From Podarcis vaucheri (lineage: Eukaryota), in NCBI GenBank assembly GCA_965113315.1, contig OZ220368.1: a stretch of 64,000 bases of DNA. The stretch is one strand, 5' to 3'. Below the pieces are notes generated by a model that saw nothing but the letters and a program-made list of their open reading frames with translations, made no database searches and had not been told where the DNA came from. How positions within the stretch are numbered: the stretch's first letter is position 1; each line of letters starts with the position of its first letter. This document shows positions 62,416-64,000 of this stretch, one piece after another. The position numbers and the translations under genes were made by a program.

Positions 62416-62851
62416 CAGGTAGGTAGCCGTGTTGTTCTGCCGTAGATGAAACAAACAAACAAAAAATTCCTTCCAGTAGCACCTTAGAGACCAACTAAGT
62501 TTGTTACAGTGGTACCTTGGGTTACACACGCTTCAGGTTACACAGTCCGCTAACCCAGAAATAGTGCTTCAGGTGAAGAACTTTGCTTCAGGATTAAGAA
62601 CAGAAATCGGGCTCCAGCGGCCTCATTAGCTAAAGTGGTGCTTCAGGTTAAGAACAGTTTCAGGTTAAGAACGGACCTCTGAAACGAATTAAGTACTTAA
62701 CCTGAGGTACCACTGTATTGGTATGAACTTTTGTGTGCATGCATACTTCTTCAGAGGTGAAGCAGTGTGCATGCACACGAAAGCTCATACCAATAACAAA
62801 CTTAGTTCCTCTCTAAGGTGCTACTGGAAGGAATTTTTTTATTTTGTTTCG
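62416..62851. mobile_element. Miniature palindromic Penelope-like remnant (two 3' ends head-to-head) with a nested MITE
   Basis: With 62507-62715 removed, the arms are reverse complements around ~62755. Each arm carries a decayed CTGAAGA-stem-GAAA core. 12-bp TSD actgctaaataa at 62404-62415 and 62852-62863. Confidence 0.8.
62507..62715. mobile_element. Tc1/mariner (Tigger-like) MITE
   Basis: TIRs cagtggtacct / aggtaccactg, with TA duplicated at 62505-62506 and 62716-62717. Confidence 0.9.
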
Positions 62852-64000
62852 ACTGCTAAATAAGTTTCTTTAAAACCCACTGCAAATTGTTTTTTACCCT
62901 CATGTTTGGAGCATAACCAACCACCATGTTTGGCACTGGAAAGGTGTCCTCCCAACTAAAACCAGATTTTTCCGGTCATTTTTCTTTTTGTTAAAAAAAA
63001 GAGGAGAAAGAAGAAAGAAGCTTCCATGCAATTCATTCCTTGCGCAGGATGAAGTGGCAATTTAATATGCAATGTGAGTCAGAGGGAAGAAGACGCTATA
63101 CCCTCCCTTTGCCCAGGCTTCCCTGCATCCCTGATACTATTTTTAATTTCTTGCACAGTGGGGAGAGGGATGTCAGCTTCCTTCTCCTGCCTGGCCATAA
63201 TTAACTTCAAATCACATCCTTCCAACCTCACATCTAGTTGGTGCCGAAAAGGCTGCACAATCTCGACTCTGTCCCGCTCGCAAATCCCCTCGTCTCCTGA
63301 GCCTGTCATTTCACTTTTTCACGTAAGAGGCGGCCTGCATATTTATGAGTCAATATTTATGGCTGACTGGTAAACAATGAGAGCGCCTGTGGACAAGCAT
63401 CTCATTTTTGCTCTTTGGCGTCTCTTAACTGATTAATGCTAGTACGATAGCCAGCCACTGGTACGTGAGAGCCTCTGTAGACCAAGTGTAATAGATTAAT
63501 TCCCCCGTGTAATAATTTAACATTTGAGAGCAGAGGGAGTTGGGGAGACAGAAGACGAAGAATGAGGAGATGGAGGGGGAGTGGGGTGGAGGCGAAGTTA
63601 GAGAGAGTCATCTCTGAAAAAGCCAATCTGCCACTTTTCATGGCAATGAGTGAGTCAATCTCTCCTTTTTCTGCTTCTTCTCCATTGTTAACCTAGTATA
63701 TTTCAAGCCTCCATCAATCAGGAACGGGGTGGGGGCTATTTAACAATCGTGCTTCAACGTAAATGACAGCTTCTTAGGGCTATAAAAGAAATGGAAGGGG
63801 AGGAGGGAAAGGAGGGAGGTGAGCACCTATCCATCAGGCCCAATCTGTTGATGGAGAAAAACAACAACACAAGCTAACAGATGCTCTTCAGCAGCTATTG
63901 GACACAATTCGGGAAAGCAATGCCAGGAGGAAAGCTGCCCTTTTAAATTTCTTAAATTACACAAATGTCAACAGCAAAGTACAGATTGTGGAGGTGCCTG

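Overview
This is vertebrate genomic DNA, not prokaryotic. The Sauria SINEs and the other squamate-type repeats point to a lizard, probably a lacertid (inference). Most ORFs in the supplied track are therefore noise. Two convergent genes are present, the same neighbours as at human 1q32.1. On + lies the 3' part of PPP1R12B/MYPT2: five upstream coding exons from 12403, two alternative C-terminal coding exons (23807 and 28343) and a ~5.9-kb 3' UTR. On - lies the complete coding region of SYT2: 8 exons, 59579 down to 43545, about 431 aa, with a ~5.8-kb 3' UTR. The most striking structure is a 3.5-kb near-perfect palindrome (arms 4647-6398 and 6432-8183) in a presumed PPP1R12B intron. It consists of two 5'-truncated Penelope-like retroelements (RT + GIY-YIG) fused head-to-head and inserted in a (TA)n microsatellite. 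Each arm ends in a minimal hammerhead-ribozyme core, and the junction shows signs of template switching. A miniature palindrome from a different Penelope-like family at 62416-62851 has the same design: hammerhead cores, one arm ~30 nt longer, and a 12-bp TSD; a Tc1/mariner MITE is nested inside it. Inverted pseudo-LTRs and hammerheads are already known for Penelope-like elements, so the class itself is not new. What is untested is the ORF-length hairpin, its junction, inward-facing TATA boxes and a possible nucleosome-anchor motif in the protein tail. The rest of the window is ordinary intron/UTR with SINE, LINE (CR1, L2, RTE), solo-LTR and MITE remnants.
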